A DNA stretch of 58,796 nucleotides from Actinomycetota bacterium (GTDB lineage Bacteria; Actinomycetota; UBA4738; HRBIN12): the NCBI GenBank assembly GCA_052388025.1, contig JBQTIP010000209.1, forward strand, positions 1 to 58,796, in the 5' to 3' direction. A program made the translations under genes and the position numbers. Each line of letters opens with the position of its first letter. Within the stretch, counting starts at the first letter, position 1. A model generated the notes under the pieces. It ran no database searches, was not told where the DNA came from, and saw only the letters and a list, made by a program, of their open reading frames with translations. Below are positions 8,602 through 20,228 of the stretch, piece after piece.

Positions 8602-10354
8602 TCTCCCTCTCGTTAGGATCGGAACCGTGCCCCGCTCAAACGACGCCGTCGAAGCGATCCTCATGGAGTACGCGGATCTGCTCTCCATCCTGTCCACTGA
8701 CCGATTCAAGCCGCGCTCGTACGAGAAGGCGGCCCGAGCGGTGGGTGGCTACCACGCCGACGTCGAGGGCTTGGATCTCAAAGGCCTGCTCGCCATCCCG
8801 AACGTTGGGAAGTCCATCGGTGAGAAGGTCCACGAATACCTCCGTAGCGGTTCCATCCAGGATCTGGAGCAGCTTCGTTCCCAGATTCCACCGGGGGTCC
8901 GTCAGCTCATGTCGATCCCCGGCCTCGGTCCGAAGAAGGCGATGGCGCTGTACCAGGAGCTGCGCATCTCATCCGTGGAAGAGCTGCTGGACGCGGTCCA
9001 CGAGCATCGCCTCGCGGAACTGAAGGGATTCGGTGCGAGGACCGAGGAGAACATCCTTCGCGGCGTCCGCCGGATGGGCGAGTCGGGACGGCGGGTGCAG
9101 GTCGGCGTGGCCCTCGATGTCGCCGAGGAGCTGCTGGCGGAGCTGACGGTGCTGAAGCAAGTGAAGCGCAGCGCCTACGCGGGATCTCTAAGGCGCATGG
9201 CCGAGACCATCGGGGACATCGACCTGCTGGTGGCGGCCGAAGCCGCGGGCCCGATCATGCAGGCGTTCACGTCGCTGCCCACCGTCGATCGCGTCCTGGC
9301 TCAGGGGGAGACCAAGTCCTCGATCGTGACGGAGAAGGGCCTACAGGTGGACCTCCGCGTGATTCCGCTCGACGTATGGGGTGCCGCGCTCATCTACTTC
9401 ACGGGCTCGAAGGCGCACAACGTCCGTATCCGGGAGATGGCCGTCCGCAAGGGCCTCAAGCTCTCCGAATACGGGCTCTTCCAAGCGAAGTCGGGAGTTC
9501 TCGTCGCCGCGGAGACCGAGGAGCAGGTCTACGCGCATCTAGACCTGCCGTTCATCCCTCCGACGCTTCGCGAGGATCGCGGCGAGATCGAAGCGGCCAT
9601 AGCCGGCGAGCTCCCCGACGTGCTGGAGCTGCGCCAGGTGAGGGGCGATCTCCACACGCACACCGATCTGACCGACGGGCTCGCGCCGCTCGAAGAGATG
9701 ATCGAAGGAGCTAGCCGGCTGAAGTACGCGTACTACGCGGTCACCGATCACGCGCCGAACCTCGCGATGCAGCGGATGACAGACGAGAAGATCCTCGCCC
9801 AGCGCGCACGGCTCCTCCAGCTCCAGGCCGGAACGAAGACGACGCTTCTCCACGGGTCGGAGCTGAACATCGATCCGGACGGGGGCGTCGACTGGCCGGG
9901 AGGGTTCCTCGGGGGGTTCGACGTGCTCGTGGCCTCGGTGCACTCACACTTCAACCAGAGCAAGGACGAGATGACCCAGCGCATCATCCGGGCGATGGAG
10001 AACCCCTACGTGCACATCATCGGCCATCCGACGGCGCGGCTCATCGGGAGGCGCCCGGCCATCGAGTACGACCTCGAGGAAGTGTTCCGCGCCGCCGCCC
10101 GCACGGGCACCGCTATGGAGGTCAACTCCTTTCCCGACCGCCTCGACCTGAAGGACGAGCACATACTGTGGGCGAGACGCCACGGGGTGAAGTTCGCGGT
10201 CAACACCGACTCGCACTCCTCGGTCCATCTATCGCTGATGCGTTTCGGAGTCGCCACGGCGCAGCGGGGGTGGCTGACGAAGGATGACGTCATCAACGCA
10301 TGGCCGCTGGCGAAGCTGCGGCGGTTTCTTCGTAAGGGCCGGCCCGCCTCCTAG
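8591..10354 (+). CDS. polX: DNA polymerase X family protein with C-terminal PHP domain (PolX)
   Basis: HhH repeats, Pol-beta nucleotidyltransferase core GSLRRMAETIGDIDLLV, PHP motif GDLHTHTDLTDG. The real start may be GTG 8627. Confidence 0.88.
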   Translation: MSPDLPLVRIGTVPRSNDAVEAILMEYADLLSILSTDRFKPRSYEKAARAVGGYHADVEGLDLKGLLAIPNVGKSIGEKVHEYLRSGSIQDLEQLRSQIPPGVRQLMSIPGLGPKKAMALYQELRISSVEELLDAVHEHRLAELKGFGARTEENILRGVRRMGESGRRVQVGVALDVAEELLAELTVLKQVKRSAYAGSLRRMAETIGDIDLLVAAEAAGPIMQAFTSLPTVDRVLAQGETKSSIVTEKGLQVDLRVIPLDVWGAALIYFTGSKAHNVRIREMAVRKGLKLSEYGLFQAKSGVLVAAETEEQVYAHLDLPFIPPTLREDRGEIEAAIAGELPDVLELRQVRGDLHTHTDLTDGLAPLEEMIEGASRLKYAYYAVTDHAPNLAMQRMTDEKILAQRARLLQLQAGTKTTLLHGSELNIDPDGGVDWPGGFLGGFDVLVASVHSHFNQSKDEMTQRIIRAMENPYVHIIGHPTARLIGRRPAIEYDLEEVFRAAARTGTAMEVNSFPDRLDLKDEHILWARRHGVKFAVNTDSHSSVHLSLMRFGVATAQRGWLTKDDVINAWPLAKLRRFLRKGRPAS

Positions 10355-10356
10355 CC

Positions 10357-10989
10357 GTGGGCGGCGGCCGGCGCCTTCCCCGAGCGTTCTTCGCCCGACC
10401 TTCGGTCGTGGTGGCACCCGAGCTCCTCGGCTGCCTCCTCGTGCGCGAGCTACCGCGAGGCCGCCGGCTCGTGGCGCGGATAGTGGAGACCGAGGCTTAC
10501 GAGGAAGGGGATCCGGCCAGTCATTCCTTCCGCGGCAGGACTCGTCGGAACGAGGTCATGTTCGGGCCCCCCGGCTACCTCTACGTGTATTTCACGTACG
10601 GCATGCACTTCTGCATGAACGTGGTCACCGGGCCCGAAGGGTCGGGGAGCGCGGTGCTGCTGCGCGCCGCGGAACCGCTCGAGGGCCTGGCCCAGATGCG
10701 CCGACGAAGAGGAATCGACGACCCGCTGCTGCTCTGCGCGGGCCCCGCACGGCTGTCTCAGGCGTTCGACGTCGGACGCGCGGACAACGGCCTGGATCTC
10801 GTGAAGGGGAGCCGTCTCGCGCTCGAACGCGGCTCTCGGATCCGGCTCGATCGGGTCGCCGCGGGACCCCGCGTGGGCATCCGCACCGGAACCGAGCGGG
10901 CGTGGCGCTTCCACGTCGAGGGGAGTCGGTTCGTGTCACGGGCACGATCTCGATCGGCCCGGCCGGAGGTCAGGGGTTCACCCAGATGA
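10357..10989 (+). CDS. mpg: DNA-3-methyladenine glycosylase (Mpg/AAG family)
   Basis: ARIVETEAYEEGDPASHSFRGRTRRNEVMFGPPGYLYVYFTYGMHFCMNVV is diagnostic. Confidence 0.9.
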   Translation: MGGGRRLPRAFFARPSVVVAPELLGCLLVRELPRGRRLVARIVETEAYEEGDPASHSFRGRTRRNEVMFGPPGYLYVYFTYGMHFCMNVVTGPEGSGSAVLLRAAEPLEGLAQMRRRRGIDDPLLLCAGPARLSQAFDVGRADNGLDLVKGSRLALERGSRIRLDRVAAGPRVGIRTGTERAWRFHVEGSRFVSRARSRSARPEVRGSPR

Positions 10990-13441
10990 TGACCGTCGAG
11001 CCCGGTTCGACCGTGTTTCCGACCCCCGGCGACTGCGACCACACCGTGCCCGACGCGTAGTCGCACTCGGGGCGCCTTCGGTTGCACTGGGCCTGGGTGA
11101 TGACGGCCGGCAGGAGTCCCGCTTGGCTGATCGCTGCCTCGGCCGCGGATTGGGGCAGGCCGAGGACGTTCGGGATCGTTGCCCGGTCGGGCGCCGGTGA
11201 TGAGGTCTCGGTCTTGGCGACGGTGATCGTGACAGTGCTTGCCTGCTGTGCCTGCACCCCGGCCGCCGGATCCTGTCCGATCACCGAGCCGGCCGGAGCG
11301 GTCGTCGACGATTGCACGACCACGCTGACATTGAACCCTGCCGCCTGCAGCGCCAGCGTGGCCTCGTCCTGGGACAGGCCGATCACCGAGGGGACGGTGA
11401 GGAGCGCGTACGACGTCGGCTCCGTGCAGGTCTGCGTGGGCTCGGTTCCCGCGATGAAGATCTGGGTCTGGATGTTGGCGGGGTGGGTGTACTGGTTCGG
11501 CAGGCACAGCGGATACTGCGTCGCGTCCACGGCGACGGTCACGTACTGGACCTCCGTTGATGGGAACCCGCGGATCGGCATGTGGGCCGTCGCGTTGATC
11601 ATGAACGCGCGCCAGATCTGCGCGGGCCACGTTCCACCGAGGACATGGGGCAGGCGAACCCTCGGATAGGTCATGGAGATCAGGCCCTGAGGGAACCCGA
11701 CCCAGACCGCGGCCGTTAGCTGTGGGATCGCACCCACGAACCATGCGTCGCGCCATTCCTGCGCCGTGCCGGTCTTGCCGAGCTGCGGGCGACCGATGTT
11801 GGCCGCGGTTCCCGTTCCGTACTGGACCACCTCCTGCAGGATCCGGCTCGCCACAGCGGCGACGCCGGCGTTCACGACGAGCCTTGGCTCGGGCTGGGCC
11901 TCATACAGCACGTCCCCGTCCGCCGTCGTGATGCGGAGGACCGGAGTCGGCTGCGCGTGATAGCCGCCGGTGGCCAGACTGCCGTACGCCGAGGCCATCT
12001 CCAGCGTGTTGACCTCGTTCGTGCCCAGGACGGCCGAGAGGAAGGCCTTGAGATCGGTGCCCGGCTCCGTGGTCCGCCGGCAGCAGCGGATGCCCATCCG
12101 CTTCGCGACCGAGATGACCTTCTGCGCGCCCAGGTCGCTGATCAACTGCGCGTAGACGGTGTTGACCGAGTCGATGGTGGCCTGCTCGAGCGTCAGGTTG
12201 CCCGATGAGGAGCCGTCGTAGTTCTGCACGCTCCACACCTGGCCGTTCTCGAGAGGAAGCTGGATGGAGGCGGGGGCAGGGTAGACGGTCTCCGGCGCGA
12301 TCCCGCTCTCAAGCGCCGCCACGAGGGCGAACGGCTTGAACGCCGAGCCCGCCTGCCGGCCGGTGATCCCTCCGGTGGCAAGGTTGATCCTTGCGTACCG
12401 ATCGTGCTCGGAGAAGTAGTCGCGGCCACCGACCATGGCCTTCACGTAGCCGTTCCGAGGGTCGATGACGGTCATGGCCGCATAGGGATCGCTCCTGTAG
12501 ATGAGGATCGAGTTGATGGCGTTCTCGGCGGCCTCCTGGAGCCTCGGGACGAGCGTTGTCGTGATCCGAAGTCCCCCCTCGAACAGGAGCCGGTACCGTT
12601 CGTCCTGCGTCTCCCCGAAGCGAGGGCTTGAGAGGAACCACTGCTCGAAGTAGTCGACGAAGTGCGGCGCGATGTACCGAGGGGTGTCCCGGGGAAGGCG
12701 GAGCCGGAGCTCGGACCCCGCGGCCTTGGAATACTCGGCGAGGGTGATCCTCCCCTGTTCCCACATCTGCCGAAGTACCAGGTTGCGCCGCTCGAGGGCG
12801 CGCTGTGGGTGCGTTACGGGGTCGTAGTCGACCGGGGCGGATATGAGCCCGGCGAGAAGCGCCGACTGCGCCAGCGTGAGATCCCTCGCGGGCCGGTCGA
12901 AGAACCCCTCCGCGGCAGACTGGATCCCGTAGGCGCCCTCGCCGAAGTACACCGTGTTCAGGTACCTGGTCAGGATCTCGTCCTTCGTCAGCTCCTGCTC
13001 CAGCTGCCAGGCGAGGGCCGCCTCCCTGATCTTGCGAGAGAGCGTCTGCTCCGCGCCCGTGTACGCGTTCTTCACGTACTGCTGGGTGATCGTCGATCCA
13101 CCCTCCACGATCCGACCCGAGCTCGCATCTACGTAGGCGGCCCGCAGGAGAGCCCGCAGGTCTATGCCCTTGTGCTCGTAGAAGCGCTTGTCCTCGACGG
13201 CGACGACGGCCTCGCGGACCGTCTCCGGGATCTTCTCGAAGGGGACGACGACTCGGTTCTCGCCCGCGTGCAGACGGGTGATCAGCGTGCCGTCCGCCGT
13301 GTACAGGAACGACGTCTGAGGGAGCGCCTCGGCCTGTGTCTCCGCCAGCTCCAGGTCGGGCAGGTCGGGAAGACGGCACGCCTGCGAGAGCACTGCGAGC
13401 AGTACGACTCCGACAATGAGCGGGCCCCGGCGCGCGTTCAT
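10970..13441 (-). CDS. ponA: class A penicillin-binding protein (transglycosylase/transpeptidase) with two C-terminal PASTA domains
   Basis: 823 aa. N-terminal TM segment. GT51 motifs (EDKRFYEHKGID, GGSTITQQ), transpeptidase SAFKP and KTGT motifs. Two PASTA-like units (VPSVIGLSQDEATLALQAAGF and IPNVLGLPQSAAEAAISQAGL). Confidence 0.9.
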   Translation of the reverse strand: MNARRGPLIVGVVLLAVLSQACRLPDLPDLELAETQAEALPQTSFLYTADGTLITRLHAGENRVVVPFEKIPETVREAVVAVEDKRFYEHKGIDLRALLRAAYVDASSGRIVEGGSTITQQYVKNAYTGAEQTLSRKIREAALAWQLEQELTKDEILTRYLNTVYFGEGAYGIQSAAEGFFDRPARDLTLAQSALLAGLISAPVDYDPVTHPQRALERRNLVLRQMWEQGRITLAEYSKAAGSELRLRLPRDTPRYIAPHFVDYFEQWFLSSPRFGETQDERYRLLFEGGLRITTTLVPRLQEAAENAINSILIYRSDPYAAMTVIDPRNGYVKAMVGGRDYFSEHDRYARINLATGGITGRQAGSAFKPFALVAALESGIAPETVYPAPASIQLPLENGQVWSVQNYDGSSSGNLTLEQATIDSVNTVYAQLISDLGAQKVISVAKRMGIRCCRRTTEPGTDLKAFLSAVLGTNEVNTLEMASAYGSLATGGYHAQPTPVLRITTADGDVLYEAQPEPRLVVNAGVAAVASRILQEVVQYGTGTAANIGRPQLGKTGTAQEWRDAWFVGAIPQLTAAVWVGFPQGLISMTYPRVRLPHVLGGTWPAQIWRAFMINATAHMPIRGFPSTEVQYVTVAVDATQYPLCLPNQYTHPANIQTQIFIAGTEPTQTCTEPTSYALLTVPSVIGLSQDEATLALQAAGFNVSVVVQSSTTAPAGSVIGQDPAAGVQAQQASTVTITVAKTETSSPAPDRATIPNVLGLPQSAAEAAISQAGLLPAVITQAQCNRRRPECDYASGTVWSQSPGVGNTVEPGSTVIIWVNP

Positions 13442-13494
13442 CGTCGGGCCATCATACTCACGACGCTCGTTTCCGCTGGTAGCATCGCGTTTCC

Positions 13495-14700
13495 ATGGGT
13501 CCTCCTGAGCCTTCTCGGCTGATCTCCGGCGCCGCTGAAGTCGTCCCCGAGAACGGCCTCGCCGAGAAGCTGGCCCTGGACCGCCCCCTCCGCATCAAGC
13601 TTGGGCTGGACCCCACGGCTTCGGATGTCACGCTGGGCTGGGCGGTCGTGCTCAGGAAGCTCCGTCAGTTCCAAGACGAGGGACACGTGGCGGTTCTGAT
13701 CGTCGGCGACTTCACCGCGCGTGTCGGGGACCCATCCGGCAGGTCCGAGACGAGGCCGCGCCTCGAGCCGGACGTCATCCGCGGGTACGCCGACCGGCTG
13801 CTCGCCCAGTTCTACCGGATCGTGTCTCGGGAGCGGCTGGAGGTCCGGTACAACTCTGAATGGCTCGAGCCGCTCGATATGGAAGGGGTCCTGCGGCTCA
13901 CCGCGTCGTCCACCGTCGCTCGGATGCTCGAGCGGGACGATTTCGCCGTCAGATACAGGGAAGGGCGCCCGATCTCAATCATGGAGTTCCTCTACCCGCT
14001 GCTGCAGGGGATGGACTCCGTGGCCGTCGAGGCCGACGTCGAGCTGGGCGGCTCGGACCAGCTGTTCAATCTGCTCACCGGCCGCGATGTCCAGCGCGTG
14101 CACGGACAGCCGCCGCAGGTGGCGCTGACGGTTCCGTTGCTCGAGGGACTCGACGGGGTCCAGAAGATGAGCCAATCCCTCGGCAACTACGTCGGGATCG
14201 AGGAGCCTGCCGACGCCATGTTCGGCAAGCTGATGAGCATCCCCGATGAGCTGATCGGCAAGTACCTGCGACTGTGCACGGACGTCACCCCAGAGGAAGT
14301 CGATGCGATCCAGGCTGGGCTCGCCGACGGCTCACTCCACCCGGCCGAGCAGAAGCGCCGCATGGCCCGTGAGATCGTCGAGCTGTACCATGGCTTGGGG
14401 GCCGGCAACCGCTCCGAGGAGGCATTCAACCTCGTCCACCGCGACCGCGAGATTCCCGAGGACGTCGAGGAGGTCGCGATCCCCGCCGAGGCGGTACGCG
14501 GTGGGAAGGTGTGGCTGCCCAAGCTGCTTGCTTCACTTGGGCTCGCGGGGTCCAACGCCGAGGCGAGGCGGCTGATCGAACAGGGAGGCGTGCGGCTCGA
14601 CGGGGAGCCCGTCACCGACCCTCAGGCGGAGGTGCCCGCGGAGCGGATCCGCGGCAAGATCCTGCAGATCGGACGCAGGAAGTTCGTCCGCCTGGCGTAG
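13495..14700 (+). CDS. tyrS: tyrosine--tRNA ligase
   Basis: 401 aa. GGSDQLFN, KMSQSLGN (KMSKS motif), C-terminal S4-like domain. Confidence 0.9.
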   Translation: MGPPEPSRLISGAAEVVPENGLAEKLALDRPLRIKLGLDPTASDVTLGWAVVLRKLRQFQDEGHVAVLIVGDFTARVGDPSGRSETRPRLEPDVIRGYADRLLAQFYRIVSRERLEVRYNSEWLEPLDMEGVLRLTASSTVARMLERDDFAVRYREGRPISIMEFLYPLLQGMDSVAVEADVELGGSDQLFNLLTGRDVQRVHGQPPQVALTVPLLEGLDGVQKMSQSLGNYVGIEEPADAMFGKLMSIPDELIGKYLRLCTDVTPEEVDAIQAGLADGSLHPAEQKRRMAREIVELYHGLGAGNRSEEAFNLVHRDREIPEDVEEVAIPAEAVRGGKVWLPKLLASLGLAGSNAEARRLIEQGGVRLDGEPVTDPQAEVPAERIRGKILQIGRRKFVRLA

Positions 14701-14724
14701 ACGCCCGAACAAGTGTTCCCTTGG

Positions 14725-14753
14725 TTGACGCGGGCTCCGCCAGTGCATATCAT
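14725..14753 (+). promoter_or_regulatory. candidate rrn operon promoter
   Basis: TTGACG (14725-14730), 17-nt spacer, TATCAT (14748-14753), about 270 nt upstream of 16S. Confidence 0.45.
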
Positions 14754-14810
14754 GATCGGTTGGCGCGACTCCCTCTCGGAGGTTCTCTTCCGTATGGGTC
14801 GCTGCTCGTA

Positions 14811-14833
14811 CCTTGAGAACTGAACAGTGTGCC
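14811..14833 (+). other. 16S leader element, 5' strand of the 16S processing stem
   Basis: CTGAACAGTGTGCC (14820-14833) is perfectly complementary to GGCACACTGTTCAG (16637-16650) in the 16S-23S spacer. A CCTTGAGAACT box occurs here (14811-14821) and again at 16676-16686. Confidence 0.7.
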
Positions 14834-15025
14834 AGAAGCCAGTGCGTTTCCCCGTCAGCTGGGAGGCGCGGTTTGCCGTGCCTGGAACAGCCGACGGTTA
14901 CGTACGAAACATCCGTCCGGACAAGAACCAACCGGCCGGATCCGACTGACCCGAGGGGGAGTGCCTTCCCCGAAGGTCGTCTCCAACGAACAAGCGAACC
15001 CGGCCTTCGTGTCGGATCGTGGATC

Positions 15026-16559
<1,534 letters not shown>

Positions 16560-16686
16560 AGCCTTGGCAAACCCGGATGGGAGCTCGCTTCGAGATCCCT
16601 GCTGTTCCGGGAGACTCCAGGTCGATACGCGCTGGTGGCACACTGTTCAGCTTTGAGGGTGCGAGCCCTCGGGCACCTTGAGAACT

Positions 16687-16703
16687 CGATAGCGAGCGCG
16701 AGC
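16687..16703 (+). other. 5' strand of the 23S processing stem
   Basis: CGATAGCGAGCGCGAGC (16687-16703) is perfectly complementary to GCTCGCGCTCGCTATCG (21275-21291). This brackets the whole 4.56-kb 23S region including both inserts. Confidence 0.7.
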
Positions 16704-17235
16704 ATCTACAAGTCAAGTTACGAAGGGCTTACGGTGGATGCCTTGGCGCCAGGAGCCGATGAAGGACGCGTCAGGCTGCGAAAAGCTTCGGGGAGCCGCC
16801 GAGAAGGCCGAGATCCGAAGGTGTCCGAATGGGGAAACCCGGCCGGGGTCATGCCCGGTCACCCAGGTCTGAATCCATAGGGCCTGAGGAGGGAACCGCC
16901 CGAACTGAAACATCTCAGTAAGGCGAGGAACGGAAAGCAACCGCGACTCCCCTAGTAGTGGTGAGCGAACGGGGAAGAGCCTAAACCGGCACGGTGTGAC
17001 AGCCCGATGGCGTTGCCGTGCCGGGGTCGTGGGATCCGCGAGAACGCACGTCGGAGCGTTCGGGGAGTTACAAAGACAGCACCTAGCCGAAGGCCATGGA
17101 AAGGGCCGCCACAGACGGTAACAGCCCGGTAGACGAAAGGCGACTGACCTCCCCGCGGAGATCCCGAGTAGCACGGAGCCCGTGGAATTCCGTGTGAATC
17201 TGGAGGGCCCACCCTCTAAGGCTAAGTACTTCCTG

Positions 17236-17283
<48 letters not shown>

Positions 17284-17855
17284 GGGAGGGGAGTGAAATA
17301 GCACCTGAAACCGTGAGCCTACAAGCTGTCGGAGCATCCGTCTGGGTAACCAGGTGGGTGTGACGGCGTGCCTTTTGAAGAATGAGCCGGCGAGTTAGCG
17401 GTGTGCGGCAAGGTTAACCGTTCTCGGGAAGCCGAAGCGAAAGCGAGTCCTAACTGGGCGTCCAGTCGCATGCTCTAGACCCGAAACCGAGTGATCTAGC
17501 CATGGGCAGGCTGAAGCGAGGGTAAGACCTCGTGGAGGGCCGAACCCACCAGGGTTGAAAACCTGGGGGATGACCTGTGGTTAGGGGTGAAAGGCCAATC
17601 AAACTCGGTGATAGCTGGTTCTCCCCGAAATGCCTTTAGGGGCAGCCTCGGGCGTTCAGCAGCGGAGGTAGAGCACTGGTTGGGCTAGGGGGCCTACAAG
17701 CTTACCGACCTCAGCCAAACTCCGAATGCCGTTGCTTCAGAGCCCGGGAGTGAGGCTGCGGGGGCTAAGCTCCGTAGCCGAGAGGGAAACAACCCAGATC
17801 GCCAGCTAAGGCCCCCAAATCCGTGCTAAGTGGAGAAGGATGTGGGATTGCACAG

Positions 17856-17890
<35 letters not shown>

Positions 17891-18816
17891 GAAAGAGTGC
17901 GTAACAGCTCACTGGTCAAGTGGTCCTGCGCCGATGATGTAGCGGGGCTCAAGCACGGTGCCGAAGCTGCGGGATTCGCCGTATGGCCCGGCGCTCACGG
18001 GAAGCCGTGTGCGCCCAGGCCGGCGGATCGGTAGGGGAGCGTTCTCACGCGTGTGAAGCGGCGGGGTAACCCAGCGGTGGACGCGTGAGAAGTGAGAATG
18101 CCGGCATGAGTAGCGAAAGACGGGGGAGGAGCCCGTCCGCCGAATGCCCAAGGGTTCCTGGGGAAGGTTCATCCGCCCAGGGTTAGTCGGGACCTAAGCC
18201 GAGGCCGACAGGCGTAGGCGATGGACGACTGGTTGATATTCCAGTACCACCTCATCCGCGCCCAGGCCGAATCCAGGGCACTAAGGGAACCCCCTTCGGG
18301 GGGCTACCGACCCACCTGGTACTAGGCCAGCGAAGGGGGGACGCAGGAGGGTAGGTCGACCCACGCGATGGTCGTCGTGGGGTAAGTGCGTAGGGGGGTC
18401 CCCCAGGCAAATCCGGGGGGCCGCAACCCTGAGGCACGATGCCGAGCCGCTTTAGGCGAAGCGACTGATCCCAAGCTGCCGAGAAAAGCCTCTAGCGAGT
18501 GGATGAGGTGCCCGTACCCCAAACCGACACAGGTGGGCAAGTAGAGAATACTAAGGCGATCGAGAGAACCCTGGTTAAGGAACTCGGCAAACTACCTCCG
18601 TAACTTCGGGAGAAGGAGGACCACGGTAGGGTGAAGGACCTAGCGTCCCGAGCCCGATGTGGTGGCACAAACCAGGCCCAAGCGACTGTTTACTAAAAAC
18701 ACAGGTCCGTGCTAAGTCGCAAGACGACGTATACGGACTGACGCCTGCCCGGTGCTGGAACGTTAAGGGGAGGGGTTAGCTTCCTTCGGGAAGCGAAGCT
18801 CCGAACCTAAGCGCCA

Positions 18817-18851
<35 letters not shown>

Positions 18852-19556
18852 TCCCGGAGGGATGCCAACCTCCGGCTGCCCCTCTCGCTGGCGACAGCGA
18901 TGAGTGCAGTTGGCTATATGCTGGAAAACCCGAGCATCTCGCGGTACCGGCGATGTCAGACCCCCGGTGTAGGGTAGGTCAATGACCGGTGACAATCCGT
19001 CGAGTGCGGACAATCAGCAGGAAAGGCCAGGACTCGAGCAGTGGATCGTTGGTTTCGTCGACGGTGAGGGCTGCTTTAGCATCCCGATCTTCCTGTGCCG
19101 AACGTGCAAGCTCGGCTGGCAAGTTCAGCCCGACTTCACGGTTACACAGGGTGAGCGGAGCGTGCACGTACTGTACGAGCTGAAGGAGTTCTTTGGATGC
19201 GGCCACGTCTCCATCAACCGGAGACGTGATAACCATCGGGAGCACATGTATCGCTACAGTGTGCGGGCTCTCGATGATCTCACTCGCCGCATCGTCCCGT
19301 TCTTCGAGGCAAATCCACTGAGAACGGCGAAGGCCGATGAATACGCGAAGTTCGCTTCGGTGATTCGGATGATGAGGAAAGCTGAGCAACTCAGCCTCAC
19401 TGGACTGATTCGAATCGCGAAGATCTCGCAGACGATGAATCATCGGAAGCCGTCTCGGTTCCTGGAATCCTCAGAGGCCATACGCCAGCCAGCTCTCGTC
19501 CGACGGGAGAGTTGAAGATATGGTCCGAGCCCCATGGCGACATGGGGGGCGACTCG
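18852..19556 (+). mobile_element. group I-like intron 1 in 23S rRNA (after the E. coli U1931 equivalent), carrying a LAGLIDADG ORF
   Basis: Conserved rRNA ...ACGGTCCTAAGGT stops at 18851 and resumes with AGCGAAATTCCTTGTCGGG at 19557. The insert ends in G. P3 is 18887-92 with 19484-89. P7 is 19476-81 with 19520-25. P9 hairpin with GCGA loop at 19530-47. Confidence 0.85.
18982..19515 (+). CDS. LAGLIDADG homing endonuclease (single motif, I-CreI-like size), intron-encoded
   Basis: 177 aa. Motif WIVGFVDGEGCF. N-terminal DNPSSADNQQER, typical of rRNA-intron LAGLIDADG proteins. The ORF 3' end overlaps the P7-P8 ribozyme core. Confidence 0.85.
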   Translation: MTGDNPSSADNQQERPGLEQWIVGFVDGEGCFSIPIFLCRTCKLGWQVQPDFTVTQGERSVHVLYELKEFFGCGHVSINRRRDNHREHMYRYSVRALDDLTRRIVPFFEANPLRTAKADEYAKFASVIRMMRKAEQLSLTGLIRIAKISQTMNHRKPSRFLESSEAIRQPALVRRES

Positions 19557-19600
<44 letters not shown>

Positions 19601-20140
19601 CAACGACTTGGGCGCTGTCTCAACCAGGGACTCGGCGAAATTGCACTACGAGTAAAGATGCTCGTTACCCGCGACAGGACGGAAAGACCCCGGGACCTTT
19701 ACTGCAGCTTGATGTTGGGTTCTGGCATGTGTTGCGTAGGATAGGCGGGAGGCTTTGAAGCCTCGACTCCGGTCGGGGTGGAGCCAACCTTGAAATACCG
19801 CCCTTCACGTGTTGGGACTCTAACCTTGGCCCGTTATCCGGGTCGGGGACAGCGTCTGGTGGGCAGTTTAACTGGGGCGGTTGCCTCCTAAAAGGTAACG
19901 GAGGCGCCCAAAGGTTCCCTCAGCCTGGTTGGCAATCAGGCGTCGAGTGCAAGGGCACAAGGGAGCTTGACTGCGAGACCGACGGGTCGAGCAGGTGCGA
20001 AAGCAGGGCCTAGTGATCCGACGACCCCTAGTGGTAGGGTCGTCGCTCAACGGCTAAAAGGTACCCCGGGGATAACAGGCTGATCGCTCCCAAGAGTCCA
20101 TATCGACGGAGCGGTTTGGCACCTCGATGTCGGCTCGTCT

Positions 20141-20191
<51 letters not shown>

Positions 20192-20228
20192 AGGCACGCG
20201 AGCTGGGTTTAGAACGTCGTGAGACAGT

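Noticed and set aside
13442-13494. Possible T-box leaders upstream of tyrS, trpS (40219-40329) or pheS (3049-3076)
   Set aside because: The intergenic regions are 53, 111 and 28 nt. These are too short for a T-box riboswitch, and no T-box consensus (AGGGTGGNACCGCG-like) was seen.
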